Source: Chiloscyllium plagiosum (lineage: Eukaryota). Taken from it: a stretch of DNA of 64,000 nucleotides. A model generated the notes under the pieces. The model saw only the letters and a list, made by a program, of their open reading frames with translations. It searched no databases and had not been told where the DNA came from. The stretch is taken from NCBI RefSeq assembly GCF_004010195.1, contig NC_057719.1, forward strand, positions 34,631,692-34,695,691, written 5' to 3'. Positions 51,477-63,480 of this stretch are shown here, piece by piece (the first letter of the stretch is position 1; every line of letters starts with the position of its first letter). The translations under genes and the position numbers were made by a program.

Positions 51477-52989
51477 GCTCTGGAGAAGATTGCTGAGCTA
51501 GAAGCATTACATTATATAAATATTGTGGTGAGTAGCTTGAGTAGAGTATACATGAGGGCTGACGAAATACATAGCCCATATGAAAGCCGAGTGTTGTTGC
51601 AAGTTGAATGGGTGTATGCTTGACAAGACACATTGAAAAGGCGTACAGACTTAACCCATAGGATGTCACTTCCTATATTGTAACCAATACTGTGACATAA
51701 TTTTTAAGCTGCTTACCTCATCATCCACCTCCAAGGTTTATCCTAGACTTGACTTACATAACTCCACAATAACAAAACCTCCATTTAGAACCCAGCTTTG
51801 CAATAATTACTAGTGTCCATAATTCCACAGGCAGCAACTGAATATCAGTGTCTACATTTCAAATTGAATTCTCTCTGCAATTCAAGTAAATCATCCCCAT
51901 TTGTAACCTTTTTTGTTTTAGTTATCAGCTTGACAGAAAATTCCAGATTTTGAATAAAGTGGTCTTTATTGTGCTATAAAGAAAATATTTCCATTTAATG
52001 TCTGAAGGATTCTAGTTACTGAGCCAAACAAGTTGATTAGTGAAATAGTTCATTGGGACCATGTGCCCATTCTAACTAACAGTCACCCAAAACAAGCTTT
52101 GTTTTTGAAGAACACATATCTGGGACTGCAATAAATGTACCATATCATGACTGTTATGATTTCACCGGAGAGAAAAAGTGACATGCTTTATCGTCAAGTT
52201 TGTAAAACGGAGCTGTGTCTTATCTATATAAATCAATATAATTGCAGTAGAATTTTGGCAGCATCTGTCATTTTCTTGCAGAAGAACTAACAGATGTGCT
52301 TTCAATATGAGAAACATGATTTTCCTGTACAACAGGTCCCCAGCGAGTATATTTATCTAATATGGAACAGCAGCAAATTATGTAGGGAAATTTCAGGTAG
52401 GTCTATTCATTTTGCATTATGACAATCATGATTTAATAGATAAAAAGAAAAAAAAAACAAAGAAATAGTATACCATCTGTTTGCAAATCTCCCTGTTCTA
52501 ATGATATTATCCCACCATAAGGAACAAATAGTCAACGCAGTATCCCTTAACTACCAGATAATGCAATAAAATTGCAGTTCAGTAGAATATATGGTACAGC
52601 CCATGCCGCCCAGTCATAAATCTTTGTTACATAAAGTTTTTTCTTTGTGAAGTTTTCCCTATTCCTTTCTCTTCATACACTGCAGTAAGATTCCATTAGT
52701 GCTCGGCTATATGTCCATTCATCATGTATGGATGTATAGCGATGGCAAGTAATTGAACTATGGGAAAAGTTAGACATCCTCTTGATGGATTTTATCCAAC
52801 ATCCATACATCAGCAATTTAAGCAAGAATTGCAGATTAGCAATGATGTAAGTCGATTATCATTCTCTTTTGTAATACAAGAGCATAATGGGCAGCCATGT
52901 TGTGATCATCCCACTCAGCAGAGACCTGGGAGTGAGGATGTGGCAGAGATTTCCATTTGTATATCACAATGAGGCTGCATGTCTCAGAT

Positions 52990-53325
52990 ATAGAATCATA
53001 GAATCCCTACAGTGCCAGATCGAGGTCATTCAGCCCATTGAGTCTGACTCGACCCTCTGAAGAGCATCCTACCCAGACTAACCCTGCATTTCCCATGGCT
53101 AACCAAGTAACCTGCACATTACTGGAGACCACAGGCAATTTAGCATGGTCAATCCACCTAACCTGCACACCTTTGGACTATGGGAGGAAACTGGAGCACC
53201 CGGAGGAAAGCCACAAAGACAGAGGGAGAATATGCAAACACCACACAGAGACAGTTGCCCAAGGCTGAAGTCAGTCCTGGTCACTGGCACTCCGAGGCAG
53301 AACTGTCAGATGGAAGCCACTGTGT
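52990..53325 (-). mobile_element. Older HE1-like V-SINE
   Basis: TAGAATCATAGAAT tail, CTTTGGACTATGGGAGGAAACTGGAGCACCCGGAGG V-domain, duplicated AACCTGCACA block. Confidence 0.8.
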
Positions 53326-53643
53326 CACTGAATCATCCAATTTAAATTAAATATAAATTATCTTCCAAGTTTAACACTGGCACAGCTGGATATTGGGAAC
53401 CCAGCAGCTGAAAGGATATAAGAATTTTTTCTTACAAAAGATAAGTTCCTTTATAGCAATGCTTGTAGGCTAAGAGGACAGGCAGGAGGCTGGAAGAACA
53501 CAGCAAGCCAGGCAGCATCAGGAGGTGCAGAAGGCGACATTTTGGGTGTAACCGTTCTTCAGGACTGGGGGTAGATGTGGGGGGAGCTGTAGAGAGGTGA
53601 AGACAGGTAGAGGATACAACCTGGTGGGTCAATGGAGGAATGA

Positions 53644-53865
53644 GTTGAAAATGTGTTGCTGGAAAAGCGCAGCAGGTCAGGCAGCATCCAAGGAACAGGA
53701 GAATCAACGTTTCGGGCATAAGCCCTTCTTCGGGATTTCCTGAAGAAGGGCTTATGCCCGAAACATCGACTCTCCTGTTCCTTGGATGCTGCCTGACCTG
53801 CTGCGCTTTTCCAGCAACACATTTTCAGCTCTGATCTCCAGCATCTGCAGTCCTCACTTTCTACA
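53644..53865. mobile_element. Palindromic hammerhead mini-element nested in the PLE 3' region
   Basis: TSD CAATGGAGGAATGA 53630-53643 / 53866-53879; ~92-bp arms; ~34-nt tail 53830-53863; plus-strand core CTGAAGA 53740-53746...GAAA 53760-53763. Confidence 0.9.
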
Positions 53866-53949
53866 CAATGGAGGAATGAATCCAGTTGGTGGCCAGGAAC
53901 AATAGAAGGGAGGGGAAGGGACTGGGAAGAGAGTCGGGGGAAGGGGAGG

Positions 53950-54290
53950 TTATTTGAAATTGGAGAACTCAATGTTGAGTCCTCCTGTCTGTAGGGTGCC
54001 CAGTTGGAAGATAAGGTGTTGCTCCTTCAGTAGGAGCTGTGATTTGTTTTGGCAATGGAGGAGGTCAAGGATGGTCATTTCAGGAAGGGAGTGGTTGGGG
54101 GAATTGAAATGGGCTGTAACTGGGAGGTCCAGTGGGCCCCTGCAGACCTGGTTGATCTGCTCGGTGAGCCGTGCCCTGAGTTTACATTCAATCTCCCCAA
54201 TGTAGAGAAGACTACATTGGGAGCATCTGATGCAGTAAACTAGGTTGGAAGAGTGGCAGGTGAGCCTCTGTCTCACCTGGAAGAACTGTT
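53950..54290 (-). pseudogene. PLE GIY-YIG endonuclease domain
   Basis: TCHSSNLVYCIRCSQCSLLYIGE...LRARL...AHF...KEQHLIFQLGTLQTGGLN; the CxxC between the two tyrosine motifs is typical of Neptune-type PLEs. Confidence 0.9.
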
Positions 54291-54579
54291 GGGGCCCTGG
54301 ATGGAGGTGAGGCGTATGGTGCACTGGCAAGTTTTGCACCTATTCTGGTTGCAGGGAAAGGTACCTGGGGGTCCAGTGACTGGGGTGGTGTGAACCAAGG
54401 ACTGTTGGAGGGAACAGTCTTTGCAGAGGCAGAGAGGGGTGGGGAGAGGAAGATGTCCATGGTGGTGGGGTCTATTTGGAGTTAGTGGAAGTGTTGGGGG
54501 ATGATGACTTGACTGTGGAGACTGGTGGGGTAGTAGGTGAGGACAAGGAGTCTCTGTCTTTATTGCGTTGGTGGGGGTG

Positions 54580-55985
54580 TTTAAAGCAGTGGAGCAGGGA
54601 ATGGAGGTGGTGTGGGCCAGGGCTGTCTGGATGATGGAGGGATGAAAAGTACATTATTCAAAACAAGTGGACATCTGGAAAGCTTGCAAGTAGAATGCCT
54701 CCTCATCCAAGTAGATGCGGCAGAGGTGGAGGAATTGGGAGAACAGGATGGAGTCTTGCAGGATACTGGGTGGGAGGAAGTGTGGTTCAGATAGTTATGG
54801 GAGTCTGTGGGTTTGTAGTAAACATCTGTCTGCAGACTGACGCTGGAGTTGGAAATGGAGACGTCAAGAAAGGGGAGGGAGGTGTCCAAGACGGACCAAG
54901 TGAATTTGAGGGCAGAAGTTGATGAACTGGTCCAGTTCAGCCTGGGTGCAGGACACTGCACTGATGCAGTCATCAATGTAACAGCGGAAGAGTTGGGGTA
55001 CAGTGCTAGTGCTGAAGAGGGACTGTTCGATGTGGCCGTCAGAGGCAGCATAGCTGGGGCCCATCCAGGTACCCATGGCCATCCCCTTGATTTGAAGGAA
55101 ATGGGAGAAGTTAAAGGAAAAGTTATTGAGGGTGAAGACCAGTTCGGCGAGGTGGAGGAGGGTGTTTGTGAAGAGGATGAATGAGTCCACTGGAGAGAAA
55201 GAAGTGGAGGGCCTGGAGGCATCCTTGTGGGCTACAGATGTGTATAAGCACTGCACATCCATAGTGAAGAGAAAGCGCTGTCGGCCAGGAAGTTGCTGAA
55301 GAGATGAAGGACATGGTTGGTCTCATGGATGCAGGTGGGAAGTGCCTGAACTAAGGGGGAGAAGATGGAGTTGAGGAAGGACAAGATGAGTTCGGTGGGG
55401 CAGGTGCATGCCGAGACGATGGGTCAGCTAGGGTAGTTGGGCTTGTGGATCTTGGGGAGCAGGTAGACCCAGGCAGTGCGGGCTGAGAGACTATGAGTTT
55501 GGAGGCAGTGGAGGGAGATCACCAGAGGCAATGAGGGCACTTATGGTGTCTTGGATTTGCCGTGATGGGTCGCAGTGAGGTCATGGGCAAGGGGCAGGTA
55601 GGACATGGTGTCGGAGAGTTGGCGTTCGGCCTCTGTGATATAGAGGTCTGTCCTCCAGACTACCATTGCCCCGCCTTTGTCAGCGGGTTTGATGGTGAAC
55701 CGGGGGTTGTTGCAGAGAGAGTGGAGTGCTGCACATTTGGAGGGGGTGATGTTGGAGTGGGTGAGAGGGTGGGGAAATTGAGACTGCCGATGTCACGTTG
55801 GCAGTGTACAATGAAAAAGATCTAGGGCAGGTACCAGGGGTGAGGGGTGACCAAGTGGAGCAGAAAGGTTGGAAGTGGGTGAAGGGGTTGTCCAAGGGAG
55901 TTTGGGAGTCCCCATCAAAGAAGAAAGCACAGAGGTGGAGGCAAAGGTGGAAGAAGAGCTCCACGTCACAGCAGATCTTTAATTC
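54580..55985 (-). pseudogene. PLE reverse transcriptase, frameshifted
   Basis: ORF 54864-55262 (MDVQCLYTS...NNFSFN...GMAMGT...YIDD); ORF 54581-55222 tail (LPFLDV...VYYKPTD). Confidence 0.9.
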
Positions 55986-56849
55986 TCTGAGGTGGGGGCA
56001 GAGGGACATGAACACGAGCACTCCCCCAATCTCCACTATCCCCACCCCACCTCAAGGAGCAGGACTGCTATCCGCAATACTCTAAGCTTATCGTTTTCCT
56101 GGCCTGCCATGTGACCCCACCACTTCCATCAGATTGAAATCACCCATGCTCAGGATTGGGCACCTCATGATTCAGAAACCCTGTCCCTATCACATGGTCT
56201 CACTCACCCAGCTTCTAACTTGCTAGAAGCATCCTCACAGAACAGCAATGATGCAAGTTGATTATCACACCCCTCTGTCATACAAGACCAGTATGAGGAT
56301 TTTCCATATGAGAGGGAGTAATACCTGCCAATCGGCTGGCTTCAAGAAAGCGAACTTCCTCGGAGAGCAGGATGTATGTTGAAACAGTGAAACACTTTAG
56401 AAACGTTGACCTCTAGATTTGCTGTTCAAAACATATTCCCATCTTCCCCACAAACCTGCCCAAATAAATACCAGGGGCAGGGTTACAAATCTAGCTTAAC
56501 ACCATATTAGGCACTTATGTTTATCTCTAAGTAATAAGACTTAGCAGAGATTTCCATCTAAATTTTAAACTATATCACAGCGTGTTTTTGCACCACGTTG
56601 AATCTTCACATACTTTTGTTACAGTGGAGTGCAATGGATTTTTACAGACTATTTCCAATTCTAGAGGTGACACAATGGCGCAACATCTGGCAGAGTATAT
56701 AGCTCCTTTGAGTGAGCTTATTACAGATTTTGGTTTAAAAATTCAGCAATCCAGCTATGACTCTTCTGAAGATTTCTGTACAAAAATTACCTTAAGAAAG
56801 TAACGTCAACAATCAAAGAAAGGAATTAGTGTTTTGTAATTGCTCTATC

Positions 56850-57237
56850 TACAGGATATCCCAAAGAACTTGGAATCTTTAATTTATTTTTTAAATGTAA
56901 TAGTTGTTATGTTAATATCTATGGCATCAAATGTGCCTGTAGCTGGGGGTCACAAACAAGTCAGTTGACTCATCCGTTAGTCTGGCTTATATGGTGTTGG
57001 TTAAGGAAAGAATATTGACCAGGACACTGGGAGAATTACCAGTCTTCTTCAAATAGTACCACAGAATCTCATCCATTCACCTCAACTGGAGAATGATGTT
57101 TCAATTTAATATTTCATGTATTTCATCATGCATAGTATTGCAACAGACTGTCAACCTAGGTAATAAACATATATCCTGGAGTGGTACTAAAACCTACACC
57201 TTCTAACTCAGAGATGAGAGTGCTACCAGTTGAGCCA
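56850..57237 (-). mobile_element. Deu-domain SINE (SacSINE1/AmnSINE-like)
   Basis: AATATTGACCAGGACACTGGGAGAA...TTCACCTCA...CTAACTCAGAGATGAGAGTGCTACCAGTTGAGCCA. Confidence 0.6.
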
Positions 57238-57732
57238 AATCTATATTGATCTATTAATCTCTATGTCTATCATCTGGAAAATAGAGAGATTGGAGATAAT
57301 TCATCAATGCCATTATCAAATGGGGGATAATTCTAAGAATCAGAGTCACAGTTAGCTTCTGCCTGTAAACTGAGAATTTATTTTATATTGACATATTATA
57401 GTGTTTATATATCTAACTATGTGATGAGTAAAGATATAGCTATAATGTGAAGAAAATTTAGTCCATTGATCCTTTATAGGTAGATAAGCTGGAAAGAGAC
57501 CAATATGTATTGGTCTGTATTATTTTGATGTTCAACGAACACAGGAAGAAACAGATTATTTAGTCGTTTAACTCATGTATTTTAGATTTTGCCATACACA
57601 AATGCCTGCTACATTTGCCCATGTCAGACCAGTGAACTGTGTTTGAAACATATTTCAATTGTTGTGCATTTTAGATTGGTCTGTGCACATGGAAGGCACA
57701 AAAACAATGCTAGCTGTTTCTTCCAAAAAGCA

Positions 57733-57840
57733 GGATTCTGATGAAAAGCCATTGATCTGAAATGTTAACATCTGTTTCTCTCTCGCCATGGATGCTACCT
57801 GACCTGCTGTTGGCAGTTTCCAACATTTTCTGTTTTGAGT
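57733..57840 (+). mobile_element. Old Penelope-derived mini-element with CUGAUGA core
   Basis: CTGATGA 57738-57744, eroded stem II, GAAATGTTAAC, then GATGCTACCTGACCTGCTG. Confidence 0.65.
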
Positions 57841-58859
57841 TGTTGCTTTTAATTTTTCCGCTTTTTTCTCTTGCTCAAAACTTAGATTATGTTATTTAAA
57901 CAAATGCAACTGCAACACAATAGTAATATAAAACTTAAAAGAACTTCAAATCCATTTTTCAAAAATGAATGTCATTTACAGGCTTTCTATTGCAAAGATT
58001 ATATCATTGTTTCTTACTTCCCCAAGCTCGTTGTTATATTTTTTTCTTTATATATACAGAACTGTTTCAGACAAGTCCATACTTCTAACTGATTCTTATT
58101 ATTCCCCATTATCTTCAGTGGTCCAATTCCCTGACTCATATCTGGTATCAAATAGTTAAGTTACTGAATTTAAAATGTATTTTGATTTGCTTTTTCAAGC
58201 AAGTTATCATTTTCTTTCATTTTGAATCAATTAAATGAACACCAGACCAATGGATTATATTCCTTCTCTGAGACAATTTTATTAAGATGAATAATCTTCC
58301 ATGCCCCAGTTATCTTCGAAGCAAGCTTTCCTATACACTCATGAATTTACATTTCAAAATCATAAATCAATTGATTTACCATTTCATGTGGGCCAGCTAG
58401 CCTATCATCAAACTGTCATATTGTTAAACTTATTAATCACCTTTTTGCACTTTAGTTATTTCCATCAGAAAAATGTTTGCCTGTTGTGAACTGGATCATC
58501 AAAATATCCTTATCTATAACTCTGGCTTTTGTGGGTCAAGGTGAGTACACATATTGTAATTGTGGCATAAATGCTTCTTAAACAAAGAATGGTTTCAATG
58601 TATAGCTGAAACAATTATTGCACAAAAAAAATTGTCTATAATGACTATTCTGTATTGTTATAGAATTCCTTAAGGGATCTCCATAAAACAAACCAGTAAA
58701 GGAAATGTACATAGGAATTAGTGTCCTCTGAATTGTGTGATAACATTCACACTGCACATGAGCCAGGTAACAATCATATTCCATTAACACTCAATGTCAT
58801 TACCATCACCTGCCAGTTACATCCGAAAAGAGATCTTCAATCAGAAACTTAACTGAACC

Positions 58860-59720
58860 AGCCAGAAGTGTGACTACAACAACAGAGCCAAGGAATTCTT
58901 CAGTATCTCATCCAACTCCCCAAAGTTTTCTACTATTTACAAGCCAAGAGAATGATGGAATACTCTCCACTTACTTGGATGGGTGCAGCACCAACAACAT
59001 TCAAGAAGCTTAATACCATCCAGGACAAAACAGCCCTCTTGATTGGCATCACATACACTTGACACATATTAATGGAGGGATATGGATCAAGGGCAGGCAG
59101 AATCGATTAGCTTAATTTGGCGTCATATTTGGCACAATATCGTGGGCTGAGAGGCCCATTCTTGTGCTGTACTATTCTCTTTGTTCGATATACTAATGCA
59201 AAGCTCAAATTTGCAAAATATACAGCAGCAACTCACCAAGCACCTTTGATGATACCTTCCAAACCTATGACCCTTACCACATAAAAGGACAACTGCAGCA
59301 GTACTACCAAGTCATACACAACCTGATCTGAAATTATATCACCATTCTTACATGGTCGCTGGGTCAAAATCCTGGAACTTTCTTTTTCCAGTATGAAAGT
59401 TCTACAGCAGTTTAAGAAGCCAGCTCACGACCATTTTCTCGATGACAAGTAGGGATTATCGATAAATGTGGGCTGAGCTAACAATATTCACATCTCATGA
59501 ATGATTTTTTAAATCTATACACTATTATGACTTAGAACTATGTGCCATTCACACGGTCAAAGTTTTCAAATTCCCTAGGAAACAGTATACTGAATGTACT
59601 TATACCACATAGATTCCAGTGGTTCAAGTCAGTGGCTCACCATCACCTTCTCAAAGCTGGTGAGGAGTGAGCAATCAGCGCTCACCTTGCCAGCAACACA
59701 AACACATCTCATGAATCACC
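58860..59720 (+). mobile_element. L2/Crack-like LINE C-terminus with two successive 3' ends
   Basis: MEYSPLTWMGAAPTTFKKLNTIQDKTALLIG at 58955-59047; 3' ends finishing CACATCTCATGAAT near 59490 and 59705; small CR1 tail at ~59070-59185. Confidence 0.7.
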
Positions 59721-59854
59721 AGTAAGAAAATATTCCCTGGAGTCAAATAAGGCTACTTGAGAATGATACTAAAAAGCTAATGACATATAAAAAGCATACA
59801 TTGAAATAATTGAAAAGCATTAGAGGAAAGGAATAAAAGTTGCTAAGAGAAACA

Positions 59855-62800
59855 AATCACAGAATCACCAAAGTATTACAGTGGAGAAGGAGACGTTCCT
59901 GTCAACATTGACTTTTCAAATGAGCATTAACACCTAATGCCAATCTCCTGATTTCTTCCTATGTCCTTGCACATTATTTCCATTCAAGTAATCATCCAAT
60001 GCTCTCTTGAATCTCACAGTTGAATTTGCCTCCACCACACTTCCAGGCAGTGAACTTTTTGAAAAAGTTAGTTTTCTCACATTATATTTGCTCCTTAAGC
60101 AAATCGTTTTAAATTTATGCCATTTCATTCTTGTTCCTTTTACAAATGGGAACAGTTTCTCCCTTTCTGTTCAGTGCACTCATGATGTTGAAAACCTTTA
60201 TCAGATCTCCTCTTAACTGCCTTTTCTCTCAAAAAAACAGTCCCAACTTTTTCAAACTATCTTCATACCTGAAATTTCTCATTCCTCAGACCATTCTCAT
60301 CAATGCATTCACCTTTTTCCTATTATTGCACGTCTACAACTGTACACACTATTTCAACCGAGGTCAGATAAGTGGCTTGTACAAGTTCAATATCACATTC
60401 TTGTTCTTGCACTCAATGCCCCATTAATATAATTGGAGATACTGTATGTTTTATTAATATAACTGAAGATACTGTACGCTTTATTAATTGTGCTGTTCTG
60501 CCACCTTCAATGACCTGTGCCCATATACACCCAAATCCCATTGCATCTGCACGCCCTTTAGGATTGTATCTCTTTTATATTGTCTTTCAATGTTCACATC
60601 ATCTCACAATTCTCTGCATTGAACCTTATTTGCCACCTATCCACCCATTCCACCAACTTGGCTATGATCTTCAGAAGTTCAATGCTGTCCTCCTTATTGT
60701 TTACAATTCTTCCAAATGTCATCTCATCTACAAACTTTGAAATTGTTCTTGCACACCAAAATCCAGTGCACTAATACATATCAAGAAAATGAAGGGCTCC
60801 AATACTGATCCCTAGGGAACTATACTACAAAACCTCCTCCAGCGTGAAAAATATTCAGTGGCCATTACTCTTTTATCATATCCTTTCTTTAGCCAATTTT
60901 GTATCCGTGTTGCTACTTGCCCTTTTATTTCATGACATAAAACTTCCCTCATAATGATGTTGTGTTTATTGTACCAGTTACCTTCTGGAAGTCCTTTCCC
61001 ACCAAACCCAACAATGTTACACTCATCAAGCCTTTCCATTTACTCCCCAAAAATATCCAACAATTTAGTCAAGCACAATTTCCTCTTCATAAATCCATAT
61101 TGATTCTACCTAATCAACTCACCTTTTTCTCTGTGACTATTAATTCCATCCCAAATAGGTTTTCTAGAAGCTTTCCCACCAGCCAGGTTATACTGTCTCA
61201 TCTCTAATTGCTGGGATTATCCTTTGTTGAAAAAGACCAATGTTTGCAATTCTCCAGTCTCCTGGCTCCCTCCCCTCAGTCTTGAGAAGAATAAAAGATT
61301 ATAGTCAATTTCAATCACTTCTTTTAATATCTTTGGATGCATCTCATCTGGTTCTGGTGCCTTATCAACTTTAAATATCAACTGTCTATCCAATAGTTCT
61401 TCCTCAGCAATTTTGAACCATTCTAATGACCATTACCGTTCCCTCTGCTGTAAGCATAACCTAGGTAGCCTCTCCCTCTTTGGTAAAAACAGATTAAAAA
61501 TATTCATAAATCTATTTTTGGTCTCCTTTTAGCCCTACTCCACCATTTATCACGCATCTATTATTTATATGCATTTCGAAGACTTTGAGATACTTTTATG
61601 TTAACTGCCTGTCTATTTCAATTTCTCCGTGCTTCTTTTATTTGTTTTTTCACTTCCCCATCTGAATCTTCCATATTTTTTTCATTCTCAATTGTACTAC
61701 TTACCTGATACCTTTCATAAGAACATGTTTTCTCCTCTAAAATGAATTTCTTCATCATCCAGGCACCCCCAAATTTGTTTGTCCTACCTTTCCTATTTGA
61801 GGGAATATATCTTGACTACAGCGAAACCATCTTCTCTGTGAAGCTAGCCCATGCTCAGTTAATTTGTTTCTAATTTATTCTGCTGAGCTCCATTCTTGTA
61901 CAATTGTAGACAGCCCTCTGCTGATTGATATTCCTTACCCTGGAACTGACCGTTATCATTCTCCACCATTATTCTGAACTTTACAATGCAATGATCACTG
62001 TCTCCTACATGATCCCCCAGTGACGCTTCATCCACTTTCCCACCTCATTTTCAAGAACCAGGCCCAACATATATCCTTTTGTTGTTAGACTCAATATATT
62101 CTGATGTCCGAAACTCTCCAGATTGCTTTTTAAGCTCCTCATTACCACCTTACACTGCCAATATACCAGTTTATATTTGGGTAATTGAAGACCCACATTA
62201 TATCTATGTTGTAACTTCTATAATTTCTCTAATTTCCCAGAAGATTTGGTCCTCCACTAGGTGGTGGTCTATGCTAGGTATAGACAAATGTAATTATACC
62301 CCTTTTTGTTCTTTAGCTGTAACCAAATTCATTCAATGTTGAACTCTCTGAAACAACCTTTCTCTACCGAACTTCAAAGCCATTCTTAACCAATTTTCTT
62401 CCTTTTCTGAAAACCTTGTACCCAGGAATATTTACCAACTAGTCTTGCCCTTCCATGAACCTGTTCATTGCTATTGCCACAAATCATATTTCCACATAAC
62501 AGTCTAAGCCTACATCTCTCCAATCTTATTTACTATACAGTGCATTAACATACATACAGAGTAACCCTGATTTAGACTTCACGTCTTGCTTCCTTATTCT
62601 AACATTTTCTTGCTAGTGCCATCTGTATCTCAAAATGTTTTATGAACCCTAGTTTTATTCTCCACTAGCTTCTCTTGGTTAGTTTGAAGTCCTCCCAATA
62701 GCACGAGCAAAACACCCTGGAAGGACCTCAATCCCAAATCTGTTCAGGTGCAACCAATCCAGCTTGTACAGGTGCCATCTTTCCCAAAGCTAATCCCAGT

Positions 62801-63478
62801 ATCCCAGAAATCTAACTCCCTCCCTCCTCCACTACCTTTCAGGCCACACGTTAATTTACCTTATCTTCCTACTTACGTACTCATTTGTGCGTGGTGATTA
62901 CCACATTACCAGAGAAGACCACCATTGAGGTTAGGCTGGCTAATTTTCTGCCTCGCTCTCTAAATTCTAATTGCAGGACAATATGCCCCATCCTATGCAA
63001 GTCCTTGGTACCAAGGTCGACCATGATCTCTGGCTGTTCACCCTTCTCCAGAAGAATATCCTGCAGCTGCTCTATGACATCAATAACGCTGGCCCCACAG
63101 ACACAAGATATGATTCTGGAGTCACATGTACAGCTACAGAAATGCCTATCTGATTTCTTAACTGATCACTACCACTCAAAGTTTCTTCATCACCCTCTGT
63201 TGTACAGATGAGCCCCTCACAGAGCCAAAGTATGACTCTAACTGCACACACTTTGGGAACCAGTGCTCTCATCAGCTTCCAAAATGAAAAACCAATTGTG
63301 AGCAGGATGCTTTGGTACACCTATAGTACCTGTTTGTTTCTCTTGGACTGCCTAGTGGTCCTCCATTGCATTCCTTCTCAGACCCTTAAGCTGTGAAGTG
63401 GCCACCTCTTTAGATGTATGATCCACATAACTTTCAGTCTTGCAGATGTGCCACAGTAACTTCAGCCACTGCTCAGTT
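59855..63478 (-). mobile_element. Old, nearly full-length CR1 (ORF1 to 3' UTR), heavily decayed
   Basis: VVEANSTVRFKRALD (ORF 59934-60128), WLK RT remnant (ORF 60812-61039), APE remnants ~61990-62290, esterase remnants ~62900-63130. Confidence 0.75.
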
Positions 63479-63480
63479 TC

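Larger units (their letters stand above)
53472..55985 (-). mobile_element. Penelope-like retroelement (Neptune-type), 5'-truncated and decayed, with 3' pLTR
   Basis: KPADKGG (DKG at 55673-55681), YLLPKIHK, MDVQCLYT, GMAMGT, YIDD, GIY-YIG; pLTR with hammerhead remnant AGTC-CTGAAGA...AAAATGTC at 53531-53568. Confidence 0.92.

Noticed and set aside
53900..55985. GC-rich block as a horizontally acquired or viral gene
   Set aside because: Fully explained by Penelope RT and GIY-YIG motifs.
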